This document shows, in pieces, positions 46,674-57,305 of a stretch of 64,000 nt of DNA. Each line of letters begins with the position of its first letter. Positions within the stretch are counted from its first letter, which is position 1. Location of the stretch: positions 310,572-374,571 of the forward strand of contig CAYVFE010000001.1 in the NCBI GenBank assembly GCA_964450885.1, written 5' to 3'. This stretch comes from an uncultured Gammaproteobacteria bacterium (GTDB lineage: Bacteria; Patescibacteriota; Microgenomatia; Levybacterales; GWA1-39-11). Both the position numbers and the translations under genes were made by a program. The notes beneath the pieces were generated by a model. It did not search any database, was not told the DNA's origin, and saw nothing but the letters and a program-made list of their open reading frames with translations.

Positions 46674-47489
46674 ATGCATGGAGTTATTCTGTGTGGTCTA
46701 GTAGTTATTGTATTTTTTGTATTGCCAGTTAGAACTTATGCTTCAGAAATAGTCATAAATGAGATATTTGCAAACCCCGAGGATGAAAAAGAAGAATTCA
46801 TCGAACTATATAATAAATCGGAGAGCGAAGTGGATTTGTCCGGTTGGAAAATCTCAGATTTAGCTAAAGATTATATCATCATCGATCTGAAAATTTCCGG
46901 AAATGGATTTTTGGTTCTAGAAAAAGGTCTTACAGGTATAGCTCTTAATAATTCCGATGAAGATGTTTCGTTGACAGATCAGAGCGATAATATAGTTGAC
47001 TCGTATTCATATAAAGATACTATAGAAAATAAATCTTGGTCCCGAGTTCCTGATGGAGAAGGTGAATTTTTTGATAACACAGATATGTCAAAAGGCGCAT
47101 CAAATTTCTCCGCACCTACGCTGACACCTACAGCTTCTCCTACACCGACCAAAACACCAAAACCCACGAAAGCTCCAACAGCAACGAGATCTCCTACGGG
47201 TACAAGAGATGTGAAAGTCCCCACGGAAAGACCATATGATAAAGAGGATGGAGTGTTATTGCAGGACACTAAAGAGACGCACATAGATATTATCAGTACT
47301 CCACGTAATCAGGTGGTCGCCGGTGTTCACGATGAAGAAGAAAAGGAGAGAGTAGATACAGAAAAAGTGAATAAAAGCACCCCAACATATTTATACTCCA
47401 TAACAACAGGAGTAGGGATGCTTATGCTTGCCTGTGCTATAATTCTCTATCGGAGATTTAAGGCCAAAAATGATGAAGAAGATTTTTAA
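46674..47489 (+). CDS. lamin tail domain surface protein with Pro/Thr linker and C-terminal TM
   Basis: IVINEI...EFIELYN....VDLSGW.I.D, LNN, SWSR.PDG. Confidence 0.85.
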   Translation: MHGVILCGLVVIVFFVLPVRTYASEIVINEIFANPEDEKEEFIELYNKSESEVDLSGWKISDLAKDYIIIDLKISGNGFLVLEKGLTGIALNNSDEDVSLTDQSDNIVDSYSYKDTIENKSWSRVPDGEGEFFDNTDMSKGASNFSAPTLTPTASPTPTKTPKPTKAPTATRSPTGTRDVKVPTERPYDKEDGVLLQDTKETHIDIISTPRNQVVAGVHDEEEKERVDTEKVNKSTPTYLYSITTGVGMLMLACAIILYRRFKAKNDEEDF

Positions 47490-47898
47490 TTCCAGCAGTG
47501 AAAAAGACACGCAGCTACTTGCTAAAGACGTCGCGAAGAGCATGGATCAGCATAACGTTGTTTGTCTTTATGGGGAGCTTGGAGCAGGAAAGACTACTTT
47601 TGTAAAGTCATTTGCAAAAGCTCTAGGCGTGCAGTCTAGGATTATCTCTCCTACCTATGTTCTTATCCGCACTTATAACACCGGAAACAACTTGCAACTA
47701 TTTCATATAGATGCTTATAGGATAAATGTTGAAAAAGACACACATGAAATCGAAGAGATATTAGCGCAGGATAATGCAATAATAGTTATTGAGTGGGCGG
47801 ATAGGATAAGTTCCATTCTGCCGAAAAAAAGAATTGATATAGAATTTATAAACAAAAATAATAATGAAAGAGAAATTGAGATTACAAGATTCCTCTAG
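47470..47898 (+). CDS. tsaE: tRNA threonylcarbamoyladenosine biosynthesis ATPase TsaE
   Basis: GELGAGKTT, SPTY, HIDAYR, IEWA. Confidence 0.95.
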   Translation: MMKKIFNSSSEKDTQLLAKDVAKSMDQHNVVCLYGELGAGKTTFVKSFAKALGVQSRIISPTYVLIRTYNTGNNLQLFHIDAYRINVEKDTHEIEEILAQDNAIIVIEWADRISSILPKKRIDIEFINKNNNEREIEITRFL

Positions 47899-48466
47899 CA
47901 GGAATCGGATAAAAAAGTTATTAAAAGAAGGAAAGATAGGGTTATTTCCTACGGATACTATCTACGGAATCTGTTGCAGGATGGATAGTAAATCTTCTGT
48001 AGAAAGGATCTATAGCATCAAACAAAGAGAAGAAAATAAGCCATTTTTGATACTCGCATCAAGTGTTAGTCAGGTTGCTGACTATGCTAATTTGGATTCA
48101 GAAAATTTCCCTGAGGTTATCAAAAAATACTGGCCTGGGCCATTGACTGTCATACTAAAAGCGTATAAAGATAAAGTTTTGTCACAGGTTCGGGCTGGTG
48201 GTGACACTATCGCGGTAAGAATTCCGGATTATCCCGAACTGAGTGAGATAATTTCTGAGATAGATGTTCCCCTGGTTGCACCCTCTGCAAATATATCAGG
48301 AGAAATAGCTCCTGGAGAATATTCTCAGGTAGATAAAAAGATTGTAGATGCTGTTGACTTTGTTGTGATAGGTGAGTGTAAAATGAAAAAGCCCTCGACT
48401 ATCGTTGATTGCTCTGGAGAAAAGACCAGGATAGTTAGAGAGGGGGCTATAGATATAAAGATATGA
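47864..48466 (+). CDS. tsaC: L-threonylcarbamoyladenylate synthase (TsaC/YrdC)
   Basis: PTDTIYG, K.R...KP, WPGPLT, SANISG, PSTIVD. Confidence 0.93.
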   Translation: MKEKLRLQDSSSRNRIKKLLKEGKIGLFPTDTIYGICCRMDSKSSVERIYSIKQREENKPFLILASSVSQVADYANLDSENFPEVIKKYWPGPLTVILKAYKDKVLSQVRAGGDTIAVRIPDYPELSEIISEIDVPLVAPSANISGEIAPGEYSQVDKKIVDAVDFVVIGECKMKKPSTIVDCSGEKTRIVREGAIDIKI

Positions 48467-48774
48467 GACTTTACATAGATACAAGAAGTAGGGAAAGCAT
48501 AATAATTTCCCTTTCAAAAGGCAGTGAGACATTTTTTACAAAGCGCTCAGAAAAAAAGGAGATGACTCCTGAGCTGGCGCTTGAATTCATAAAAAAAGCT
48601 TTGGATGAGGCATCAGTTAATCTGAATGAGATAACAAAGATCGAAGTAGAAAAGGGTTCCGGGTCTTATACGGGGATAAGGGTAGGCGTGTCGGTCGCAA
48701 ATAGTTTGTCGTTTGCATTAGGGATCCCAATAAATGAACATAAAATATCTAGTATTGTTATTCCTGAGTATTAA
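48463..48774 (+). CDS. tsaB: short TsaB-like protein
   Basis: LYIDT N-terminus and GSGSYTGIRVG motif; only 103 aa. Confidence 0.8.
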   Translation: MRLYIDTRSRESIIISLSKGSETFFTKRSEKKEMTPELALEFIKKALDEASVNLNEITKIEVEKGSGSYTGIRVGVSVANSLSFALGIPINEHKISSIVIPEY

Positions 48775-48776
48775 AT

Positions 48777-49715
48777 ATGATCAAATTTATACGACATTAT
48801 TTCCTCCCACGTACCAGCAATAATCACCGATCAAAAATATTGCACAACTCGTCACTTTTTGTAATCGTTATCCTTTTGCTTTTTTCATCTTGGTTTTCGA
48901 TTATTGTAAACAAGACAAATCCTCAAATATTAGGAATTTCGTATTCTATTTCAAATCAAGAGCTGCTCCTTTTGGTAAATGAGCAAAGGCTTGAGAATAA
49001 TTTGCCACCTTTGAAGTTGAATGAAAAACTTTCAAGTGCCGCTTCTGCAAAGGCAAATCATATGTTTGCAAATAACTATTGGGCTCATTTTGCTCCTGAC
49101 GGAACTAGCCCTTGGAAGTTTATTACAGATAATGGATATGATTATATATATGCTGGTGAAAATTTAGCCAAAGGTTTTGTGACGGCCGAGGATGCTGTTG
49201 ATGCGTGGATGGAATCACCTTCACACAGAGATAATATATTGTCTGCTCAATATAAGGAAGTAGGATTTTCTATCGTCGAAGGAAGCCTACAGGGAGAGGA
49301 TACTGTTTTGATAGTTGAAATGTTCGGTCAGGAGAAAAACCAATTTTTGGCTAAAGCAGAAGTAGACGCTGATTCCATAAACCAAACTCAGGTGGATGAA
49401 AGCCAGGTAAGCGAAGACCCTGACGTCAATGATGTTGTAGAGGTTCCTCTTTTGGGTACAAATGATGTTTTTGAGGCAAAAAATGGTGTGGAGGAGATCG
49501 TATCTCAAGCAACCCCTGTTGTCGATCTTTTTTCCAGCACAAAAACTATTTCATTTATATTGACAGCGGTTTTGCTGATAGCCTTTTTGCTAGACCTTTT
49601 TGTAGTAGCCAGAAAGAGAATCCCCCGCATAGTTGGTGATAATCTAGACCATATATTGCTTTTAACAATTTTTATCGTATTTATGTTTATATATAATTTA
49701 GGAGTCATTTTATAG
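48777..49715 (+). CDS. CAP (SCP-like) domain membrane protein
   Basis: N..R....L..L, YWAH, AGENLA, WMESPSHRDNIL. Confidence 0.9.
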   Translation: MIKFIRHYFLPRTSNNHRSKILHNSSLFVIVILLLFSSWFSIIVNKTNPQILGISYSISNQELLLLVNEQRLENNLPPLKLNEKLSSAASAKANHMFANNYWAHFAPDGTSPWKFITDNGYDYIYAGENLAKGFVTAEDAVDAWMESPSHRDNILSAQYKEVGFSIVEGSLQGEDTVLIVEMFGQEKNQFLAKAEVDADSINQTQVDESQVSEDPDVNDVVEVPLLGTNDVFEAKNGVEEIVSQATPVVDLFSSTKTISFILTAVLLIAFLLDLFVVARKRIPRIVGDNLDHILLLTIFIVFMFIYNLGVIL

Positions 49716-49716
49716 C

Positions 49717-49980
49717 GTGAGGAATCTACATCAACATATTGCTTTATACGTCTTTGAGATCATAATTTTGGGTATTGGTTTTATAGTTATTTTAAACGCG
49801 GATCTTTCTTTTTGGGCCCAGCTAGTGATACTGCTTTTCATGCTTTTTTTCTATATAGCAGTCGGTCTTATTAGGCATACTAAGGATCACGACATGCATG
49901 GGAAAGTTATGCTAGAATATATCTCAATATCGATAATTGTGATATTAATCTTTTTTCTAATAAATATTTCAAGAATCTAA
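49717..49980 (+). CDS. small multi-TM membrane protein
   Basis: Three hydrophobic segments; tight operon packing. Confidence 0.7.
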   Translation: MRNLHQHIALYVFEIIILGIGFIVILNADLSFWAQLVILLFMLFFYIAVGLIRHTKDHDMHGKVMLEYISISIIVILIFFLINISRI

Positions 49981-49981
49981 T

Positions 49982-50716
49982 ATGAAAGGAATGATTTTGG
50001 CAGGAGGAATGGCAACAAGGCTTAGGCCGCTTACCCTTATTACTAACAAACATTTACTCCCCATCTACAATAAGCCCATGATATATTATCCATTAGAGGC
50101 GATGAAAAAGGCTGGAATAAAAGAGGTCTTAATTACTTCATCTCCAGATCATGCAGGACACTTTGCAAATCTTTTGAAAGACGGATCTGATTTTGACCTA
50201 AGAATTTATTACGCAGTACAAAAAGAAGCAGGAGGAATTTCTCAAGCCATAAAGATTGCAGAAGACTTTACGAAAGACGACAAATTGCTCGTGATTTTGG
50301 GAGATAATATTTTCAATTATGATCTTAGAAGTGTTGCTGAGAAATTTGATGCGCAGGAAAAAGGAGCAATAGTTTTTGGTATTAAAAAAGATACCGAGTC
50401 GAAGCAGTATGGGGTAATCGAGATGGATGAAAGTGGCAAAGTCATATCTATCGAAGAAAAACCAGAAGTGCCCAAGTCGCCTTATGCACAGTCTGGAGTT
50501 TATATGTATGACAATAGGGTTTTTAGTTTTATCGATAGTCTCAAGCCGTCAGGACGGGGAGAGCTGGAGGTTACAGATCTAAATAATAAATATCTGGAGG
50601 AGGGAACTTTGACTGCGGAAATTCTTGATTGGTGGATCGATGCAGGGACTTCACACGACGAGCTATTAAATGCTAATATAATGGTAAGAGAAAAAGTTCA
50701 GAATGGTGAACTATAA
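49982..50716 (+). CDS. rmlA: glucose-1-phosphate thymidylyltransferase (short form)
   Basis: GMILAGG.ATRL.PLT, NKHLLP, LGDN, EKP, RGELEVTD. Confidence 0.9.
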   Translation: MKGMILAGGMATRLRPLTLITNKHLLPIYNKPMIYYPLEAMKKAGIKEVLITSSPDHAGHFANLLKDGSDFDLRIYYAVQKEAGGISQAIKIAEDFTKDDKLLVILGDNIFNYDLRSVAEKFDAQEKGAIVFGIKKDTESKQYGVIEMDESGKVISIEEKPEVPKSPYAQSGVYMYDNRVFSFIDSLKPSGRGELEVTDLNNKYLEEGTLTAEILDWWIDAGTSHDELLNANIMVREKVQNGEL

Positions 50717-50719
50717 ATT

Positions 50720-51154
50720 ATGAGTATCGCAAATCTAGAAGAGGCAAAAAAAGTTACGACTTATGACAGCTCCCAGAATGAAAATGGATTTCTGGTAGAG
50801 CTTTTCAAAAGTTACGATGGTTCAAAAACGGAAGCATACTTGACCGCTGCAAAACCAGGAGCATTTAAGGGCTATCATCTCCATAGGGTCCGTGCAGCAA
50901 GGTACGTATGCATAAAGGGCAAAATGAAAATTACTCTTTATGTCCCCGGAACCATGGAAAAGGAAGAACATATTCTTGATGCTAGTAATCCTCAGAGACT
51001 ATTTATTCCCAAAGATATTGCGACTGGTCTAGAGAACATCGGGGATGAAGAAGGATGGCTTATAAATTATCCTGATCCGCCTTATGATCCTGAGCTTAAA
51101 GATGAACAGGTTGAGTATACAGAAGAAGAGATATTGCAAGGGATAGTAAAATAG
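50720..51154 (+). CDS. RmlC-like cupin (dTDP-sugar epimerase/isomerase)
   Basis: KGYHLH cupin motif, LFIP; located between rmlA and rmlB. Confidence 0.75.
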   Translation: MSIANLEEAKKVTTYDSSQNENGFLVELFKSYDGSKTEAYLTAAKPGAFKGYHLHRVRAARYVCIKGKMKITLYVPGTMEKEEHILDASNPQRLFIPKDIATGLENIGDEEGWLINYPDPPYDPELKDEQVEYTEEEILQGIVK

Positions 51155-51188
51155 CTTATTAAATGCATCAAGGTCTTCTAACTTCATT

Positions 51189-52196
51189 ATGAAATTACTA
51201 GTTACAGGTGGGGCTGGATTCATGGGCTCCAATTTTATCCATTATATACTTAAGAAATATCCTGAGTATGAAGTTATTAATTTAGATAAGCTAACGTATG
51301 CAGGAAATCTAAAGAATCTTTCAGATATAGAGAATAATCCTAATTATAGATTCGTTAAGGGAGATATTTGTGATGCAAATATCATAAATGAGTTAGTTCC
51401 TCAAGTGGATGCAGTCATAAATTATGCTGCAGAAACTCATGTTGATAGATCTATACTAGCACCACAGGAATTTGCGCAGACTGATGTGATTGGGACTCTT
51501 ACGATATTAAATTCCATCCGTGAGAATGGTAACAAAGTAAGACTTGTCCAGATTTCAACAGATGAAGTCTTTGGTTCAATAGAGGATGGGAAATTCACAG
51601 AGAGTAGTCCCTTTGAGCCGAACAGTCCATATGCTGCTTCAAAAGCGGGGGGGGATTTGATGTGTAGAGCATTTTGGGTTACATATAAAACTCCTGTGAT
51701 CGTCACACACTCGTGTAATTTTTATGGACCTTTTCATTATCCTGAAAAGCTGATTCCTCTTGCGATCACGAATCTATTAGAAGGAAAAAAAGTGCCAGTA
51801 TATGGCGATGGAAAGCAGGTTAGAGAGTGGATATATACGCAAGATCACTGCAGCGCTGTTGATACTATTTTGCACAAAGGCGTTGAGGGAGAGGTTTACA
51901 ATATCGGTACAGAAAGAGAATTCGAGAATATAGACATAGTAAAGCGCATATTAGACGTGCTAGGAATGAATGAAGGATTTATAGAATATGTAAAAGACAG
52001 GCCAGGCCATGATAGAAGGTATAGTCTAGATACATCAAAACTAAGAAACGAGCTAGGTTGGAAGCCTGAAATAGAATTTGATCAGGGGATAAAAGATACA
52101 GTGGAATGGTTTAAGAACAATGAGGCATGGTGGAAAGAGATTAAAAGTGGGGAATATAAGAATTATTATAACCAGCAATATGGAAGAAAAGATTAG
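51189..52196 (+). CDS. rmlB: dTDP-glucose 4,6-dehydratase
   Basis: GGAGFMG, DKLTYAGN, AAETHVDRS, STDEV, YAASK, DRPGHDRRY. Confidence 0.95.
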   Translation: MKLLVTGGAGFMGSNFIHYILKKYPEYEVINLDKLTYAGNLKNLSDIENNPNYRFVKGDICDANIINELVPQVDAVINYAAETHVDRSILAPQEFAQTDVIGTLTILNSIRENGNKVRLVQISTDEVFGSIEDGKFTESSPFEPNSPYAASKAGGDLMCRAFWVTYKTPVIVTHSCNFYGPFHYPEKLIPLAITNLLEGKKVPVYGDGKQVREWIYTQDHCSAVDTILHKGVEGEVYNIGTEREFENIDIVKRILDVLGMNEGFIEYVKDRPGHDRRYSLDTSKLRNELGWKPEIEFDQGIKDTVEWFKNNEAWWKEIKSGEYKNYYNQQYGRKD

Positions 52197-53058
52197 TATC
52201 GGAGTTTCGGGGGGGTCAGGACTGGTAGGATCAAGGGTTGTGGAGATGCTTGGTAAAAAATACGACATGCTTACATTAGGTCGTACCGATGGTTTTGATA
52301 TTTCTAATTCTGCAAGTTTTTCAAAATTCAAAGACAGAAATATAAAGTATTTTTTACACATGGCTGCAAAGGCAGATGTAGATGGCAGTGAGGAAGAGAA
52401 GGATTTGGGCGAGAGTAGTGAGGCTTGGAGAATAAATGTAGATGGAACGAAAAATGTCTCGCGGTTTTGCAAAGAAAATGATATTAAGCTTATCTATATA
52501 TCGACAGACTTTGTTTTTGATGGGAAAAAACCTCAAGGGGAGTTTTATACGGAAGCCGATTTGCCAAACCCGATAAATTTTTATGCAAAGACTAAATACG
52601 AGGGAGAAAAAATGGTACAGGAGTCTGGAGCGCGTTATATGATATTGCGCATAGCTTATCCTTATAGAAAAGAATTTGCGATAAAAAAGGATTTCGTAAG
52701 GGCGATATTGGACAGGTTAAGGCAAGGACTCCAAATAAATGCAGTTACAGATCACATTATGTGTCCTACTTTTATAGACGACATTGCGAAAGTTATAGGT
52801 GGTTTGATAGAAAAAGATGAATCCGGTATTTTTCACTGTGTGGGTAGTACCCCGATATCTCCGTACGATGCGGCAATTAAAATAGCTGAGCAGTTCAATA
52901 TAGATAAATCTTTGATAAAATCTACTACGAGAGATGTTTATTTTACAGACAAAGCTTTGCGTCCATTTAATCTATATCTAAAAAATGATAGAATAGAAAA
53001 TCTAGGATTCGAGATGAAGTCCTTTAATGAGGGATTAGAGGAGTTAAATAAATCATGA
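52180..53058 (+). CDS. rmlD: dTDP-4-dehydrorhamnose reductase; start probably ATG 52180
   Basis: GGSGLVG, YISTDFVFDG, YAKTK. Confidence 0.88.
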   Translation: MEEKISIGVSGGSGLVGSRVVEMLGKKYDMLTLGRTDGFDISNSASFSKFKDRNIKYFLHMAAKADVDGSEEEKDLGESSEAWRINVDGTKNVSRFCKENDIKLIYISTDFVFDGKKPQGEFYTEADLPNPINFYAKTKYEGEKMVQESGARYMILRIAYPYRKEFAIKKDFVRAILDRLRQGLQINAVTDHIMCPTFIDDIAKVIGGLIEKDESGIFHCVGSTPISPYDAAIKIAEQFNIDKSLIKSTTRDVYFTDKALRPFNLYLKNDRIENLGFEMKSFNEGLEELNKS

Positions 53059-54347
53059 CAATAACATTTATAGGACATGGATACGTGGGGCTCGTTACTG
53101 CAGCAGTATTTTCTGATTTGGGTAATACTGTACATGTAATAGGTCATACCCAGGAGAAAATAGATAATCTAAAAAAGGGAATAATTCCTATCTTTGAACC
53201 AGGACTTGCAGAGATGGTAAAAAAGAACATAGATGCTGGTAGGCTCTTTTTTACACTAGACTACTCACCTGTAATAGCAGAATCAGATGTGGTATTTATT
53301 GCTGTGGGTACGCCAACTACAAAAACTGGTGATGCTAATCTGTCTACAGTTCTTGATGTTGCTGAAAAAATTGCTAAAAACCTTGAGGGATATACGGTTG
53401 TTGCGACCAAGAGTACAGTTCCAACCGGAACTAACAAAAAAATCCAAAAAATTCTCGAGGCAAATAAACCATCTGGAGCAGAGTTTGACTATGCGTCTGT
53501 TCCGGAATTTTTGAGAGAAGGTAGTGCGATATCCGATACTGTAAATCCTGACAGGGTTGTTGTAGGAACAGAAAGTAAAAGAGCCCAGGATATACTCGTA
53601 GATCTGCATAGTCCGATAAATGCCCCGGTTGTTGTCACTAATTTTGAAACAGCAGAGCTTATAAAGTATGCCGCAAACTCATTTCTCGCCCTAAAGATAT
53701 CTTATGCAAATGCCATAGCAAAACTTTCCGAAAGCTTAGGGGCTGACGCTCTCAAGGTTCTTGAAGGAATAGGAATGGATAAAAGAATTGGATCCATGTT
53801 TTTGTCTCCAGGGCCAGGTTATGGCGGAAGTTGTTTTCCAAAAGATGTGAGAGCTCTTATATCTATCGCAAAGGACGTTGATTATCAATTTACCCTTCTT
53901 CAGGAAGTTGAGAATATCAACCATCAAGCAAAGCGAGATATCGTAAGAAAGGCGAGAAAGATGCTGAGTAATGATCTAAAGGGTAAAAAAGTCGGTATAC
54001 TTGGTCTCGCATTCAAACCAAATACTGATGATATGCGTGATGCGCAATCTGTTGATATCATAAGCTGGCTAGAAAATGATGGCGCAAAAATTAGTGCGTT
54101 CGATCCGGAGGCGAGAGAAACGGCAAAGCCTATCTTGCCGAATATCGAGTTTGCAGATAATAGCTATGATGCTGCAAAGGATGTAGACCTACTTATAATT
54201 GTTACTGACTGGAATGAATTCAAAGAACTAGATTTTGAGAAAATAAAAGGCATCATGAAGTCTCCCAATATTATTGATGCGAGAAATATTTATGATGCAC
54301 AGATACTTGGCAAATTAGGCTTCAATTATATAGGAGTTGGAAGATAA
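53055..54347 (+). CDS. ugd: UDP-glucose 6-dehydrogenase
   Basis: GHGYVG, KSTVP, PEFLREG, GYGGSCFPKD, AFKPNTDD.R. Confidence 0.93.
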   Translation: MTITFIGHGYVGLVTAAVFSDLGNTVHVIGHTQEKIDNLKKGIIPIFEPGLAEMVKKNIDAGRLFFTLDYSPVIAESDVVFIAVGTPTTKTGDANLSTVLDVAEKIAKNLEGYTVVATKSTVPTGTNKKIQKILEANKPSGAEFDYASVPEFLREGSAISDTVNPDRVVVGTESKRAQDILVDLHSPINAPVVVTNFETAELIKYAANSFLALKISYANAIAKLSESLGADALKVLEGIGMDKRIGSMFLSPGPGYGGSCFPKDVRALISIAKDVDYQFTLLQEVENINHQAKRDIVRKARKMLSNDLKGKKVGILGLAFKPNTDDMRDAQSVDIISWLENDGAKISAFDPEARETAKPILPNIEFADNSYDAAKDVDLLIIVTDWNEFKELDFEKIKGIMKSPNIIDARNIYDAQILGKLGFNYIGVGR

Positions 54348-54352
54348 TTTAG

Positions 54353-55291
54353 ATGTCAAAAATATTCATCACGGGAATAAATGGCTTTGTCGGCAAACAT
54401 CTTCTAGAGCAGTATAAAGAGGACAAAATTATTGGATTGGTTAAAGATGGTACGGGTGAAGGTTTTGGAAAAAATGTAGATATAGTTAGGGGGGATATTT
54501 TAGATAGCGCTAAAATAGAAGAAATTATTGTTGATAAAAAGCCTGATATTATCTTTCATCTTGCAGCGCTCACCTCACCTTCGGAAAGTCTAAAAAATCC
54601 ATTCGAGACAATAAACAACAACATCGACGGACAGTTAAATATTTTAGAAGCCATCAGAAAAAATGAGCTTTTTAATACAAGATTGCTTGTAGTCTCGTCC
54701 GCAGAAATTTACGGTAGTGTCGATGATAAGTATCTGCCTATTTCTGAAGACACGCCTCTCATGCCTACTACTCCTTATGCAGTATCGAAAATCACTCAAG
54801 ACTTTTTGGGATATCAGTATTACAAAGCATACGGAATAAAGTCCGTAAGAGTTAGGCCCTTTAATCATATTGGTCCGGGACAGGCACCTGTTTTTGTAGT
54901 ATCTGCATTTGCAAAACAAATTGCCATGATAGAAAGGGGTCAGCAGGATAAAATAATTAAGGTTGGAAATCTTGCGCCAAGAAAAGACTTTACAGATGTG
55001 AGAGATGTAGTTAAGGCTTATAAACTCCTTATGGAAAAAGGAGAATTTGGAGAAGTTTACAATATCGGTTCGGGAGTTTCATATGCAATTTCAGAAATTC
55101 TAGAGATGCTGCTGTCATTTTCAAATGAAAAAATCGAGGTGCAAGCAGACGAGTCTTTAATGCGTAAATCTGAGCAAAAAGAACTAAGATGTGATTTCTC
55201 AAAAATAAAAAATGATGTTGGGTGGGAGCCATCGATTTCTATAGAAAAATCACTCAGGGACGCACTGGACTATTGGAGAAATATTCTATAA
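54353..55291 (+). CDS. extended SDR, probable GDP-4-keto-6-deoxy-D-mannose reductase (Rmd-like)
   Basis: [37 protein letters not shown]; adjacent to gmd. Confidence 0.75.
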   Translation: MSKIFITGINGFVGKHLLEQYKEDKIIGLVKDGTGEGFGKNVDIVRGDILDSAKIEEIIVDKKPDIIFHLAALTSPSESLKNPFETINNNIDGQLNILEAIRKNELFNTRLLVVSSAEIYGSVDDKYLPISEDTPLMPTTPYAVSKITQDFLGYQYYKAYGIKSVRVRPFNHIGPGQAPVFVVSAFAKQIAMIERGQQDKIIKVGNLAPRKDFTDVRDVVKAYKLLMEKGEFGEVYNIGSGVSYAISEILEMLLSFSNEKIEVQADESLMRKSEQKELRCDFSKIKNDVGWEPSISIEKSLRDALDYWRNIL

Positions 55292-55310
55292 AATAAAATG
55301 TCTTAAATCT

Positions 55311-56288
55311 ATGAAAAAAGCTTTAATTACTGGTATAACTGGGCAAGATGGAAGTTACCTCGCGGAATTTTTGCTTGAAAAAGGATATGAAGTTTTTGGA
55401 ACAGTTAGGCGGCTTAGTACTCCTAATATAGAAAACATCAAGCATATTCAAGATAAAATTACCCTTATTTCCGCTGATCTTTTAGATCAGAGTTCGATAA
55501 CCGCAGCGATAGAAGAAGCAAAGCCTGATGAGGTATACAATCTTGCTGCGATGTCATTCGTCAAAACGTCATTTGAGCAACCAGTGCTTACTGGAGAATT
55601 TACCGCTTTAGGTGTAACGAGGGTCTTAGAGGCGATTCGTACAGTAAATAAAGACATCAGATTTTATCAAGCATCATCTAGCGAAATGTTTGGAAAAGTG
55701 ACAGAGACTCCCCAGAGAGAAACAACAAGATTTCACCCCAGGAGTCCTTATGGGGTGGCAAAGGTTTATGGCCATTACATCACTTTAAATTATAGAGAGA
55801 GTTATGATATGTTCGCCTGCTCGGGGATACTTTTTAACCATGAGTCACCACGTCGGGGAATAGAATTTGTGACTAGAAAAATATCACATGCAGTTGCAAG
55901 GATAAGTGCTGGTAAACAGCAGAAACTTGAATTAGGTGATATGAGTCCAAAAAGAGACTGGGGATTCTCTGGAGATTATGTAGAGGCTATGTGGCTAATG
56001 CTTCAACAGGACAAGCCTGAAGACTATGTAATAGGTACAGGAGAAAATCACAGTGTTAAAGAATTCGTGGAGATGGCATTTAAAAAGGCTGGAATTGAAG
56101 ACTGGGAGAAATATGTGGAGTCAGATAACCCTTCTTTCCTGCGGCCTGCAGAAGTAGACTATTTAATCGCAGATACTAGTAAGGCTAAAAATGAGCTTGG
56201 GTGGGAGCCTAAAACGTCGTTTGAGGAGTTAGTTGAAATGATGGTCAAATCAGATATGGATTTAGTCAGCAAAGAGGACAAATCTTAA
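55311..56288 (+). CDS. gmd: GDP-mannose 4,6-dehydratase
   Basis: [33 protein letters not shown]. Confidence 0.96.
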   Translation: MKKALITGITGQDGSYLAEFLLEKGYEVFGTVRRLSTPNIENIKHIQDKITLISADLLDQSSITAAIEEAKPDEVYNLAAMSFVKTSFEQPVLTGEFTALGVTRVLEAIRTVNKDIRFYQASSSEMFGKVTETPQRETTRFHPRSPYGVAKVYGHYITLNYRESYDMFACSGILFNHESPRRGIEFVTRKISHAVARISAGKQQKLELGDMSPKRDWGFSGDYVEAMWLMLQQDKPEDYVIGTGENHSVKEFVEMAFKKAGIEDWEKYVESDNPSFLRPAEVDYLIADTSKAKNELGWEPKTSFEELVEMMVKSDMDLVSKEDKS

Positions 56289-56339
56289 ACAATCTTCTTT
56301 TTTAATGATTTTTCCCAAATGTTTAGGTAAAATAATGAT

Positions 56340-57305
56340 ATGAGGTATGTTGTTGTCGCTGGTGGGGCTGGATTCATAGGTTCACATCTCTGTGAAAGAT
56401 TGTTGTCGATGGGATTATTCGTAATCTGTGTTGATAATTTGATAACAGGTCGCAATGAAAATCTAGAAGCACTGCAAAAGAACAAAAATTTTGTATTCAT
56501 AAATCATGATATATCCTCGCCTCTAGGGAGTCTATTTAATCAATTTGAAAGTATAGATTATATTTTTCACATGGCATCGCCTGCTTCTCCAAATGAAAAA
56601 AGTGAGAAGAGTTATATGAGTTATCCGATAGAAACGATGCTAGTCAATTCTGTTGGTACTTATAATCTGTTAAACGTTGCGAAATTTAGGAAATCAAGAT
56701 TCTTGTACGCATCTACATCAGAGGTTTATGGGGATCCGACAGTGTCTCCGCAGCCAGAAAGTTATTTTGGGAATGTAAACTCAGCCGGCCCGCGTGCCGT
56801 ATACGATGAGGGGAAAAGATTCGGAGAAGCAATGACTATGGCATACTACCGAAAATTTGGGCTAGATGTAAGGATACCTAGAATTTTTAATACGTATGGT
56901 GAAAATATGCGGGAAGATGATGGTAGAGTTGTTTCAAACTTTATTGTGCAAGCTATAAAAAACGAACCCATAACTGTATTTGGCGATGGTAGTCAGACAA
57001 GGAGCTTTTGTTACGTTTCAGATTTAGTAGACGGGCTAGTCGACTTTATGATGAAAGAAAATCTATCCGGGGAAATTATCAATTTGGGAAATCCTGCGGA
57101 GTATACAGTTGCTGATATTGCTGATAAGATAAAAGAGCTTACTGGGTCGTCTTCAGAAATTATTCATGAGAGTCTTCCAGTTGATGATCCAAAACAAAGG
57201 AAGCCTGATATCGCAAAGGCGGAAAGACTTTTGGAGTTTTCTCCAAAAATAGAAATAGAAGAAGGTTTTAAAAAAACCATAGATTATTTTAGAAAGACAT
57301 TATGA
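56340..57305 (+). CDS. UDP-glucuronate decarboxylase (UDP-xylose synthase)-like SDR
   Basis: GGAGFIGSH, ASPASP, STSEVYGDP, YDEGKR, DGRVVSNF, DDPKQRKPDI. Confidence 0.88.
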   Translation: MRYVVVAGGAGFIGSHLCERLLSMGLFVICVDNLITGRNENLEALQKNKNFVFINHDISSPLGSLFNQFESIDYIFHMASPASPNEKSEKSYMSYPIETMLVNSVGTYNLLNVAKFRKSRFLYASTSEVYGDPTVSPQPESYFGNVNSAGPRAVYDEGKRFGEAMTMAYYRKFGLDVRIPRIFNTYGENMREDDGRVVSNFIVQAIKNEPITVFGDGSQTRSFCYVSDLVDGLVDFMMKENLSGEIINLGNPAEYTVADIADKIKELTGSSSEIIHESLPVDDPKQRKPDIAKAERLLEFSPKIEIEEGFKKTIDYFRKTL

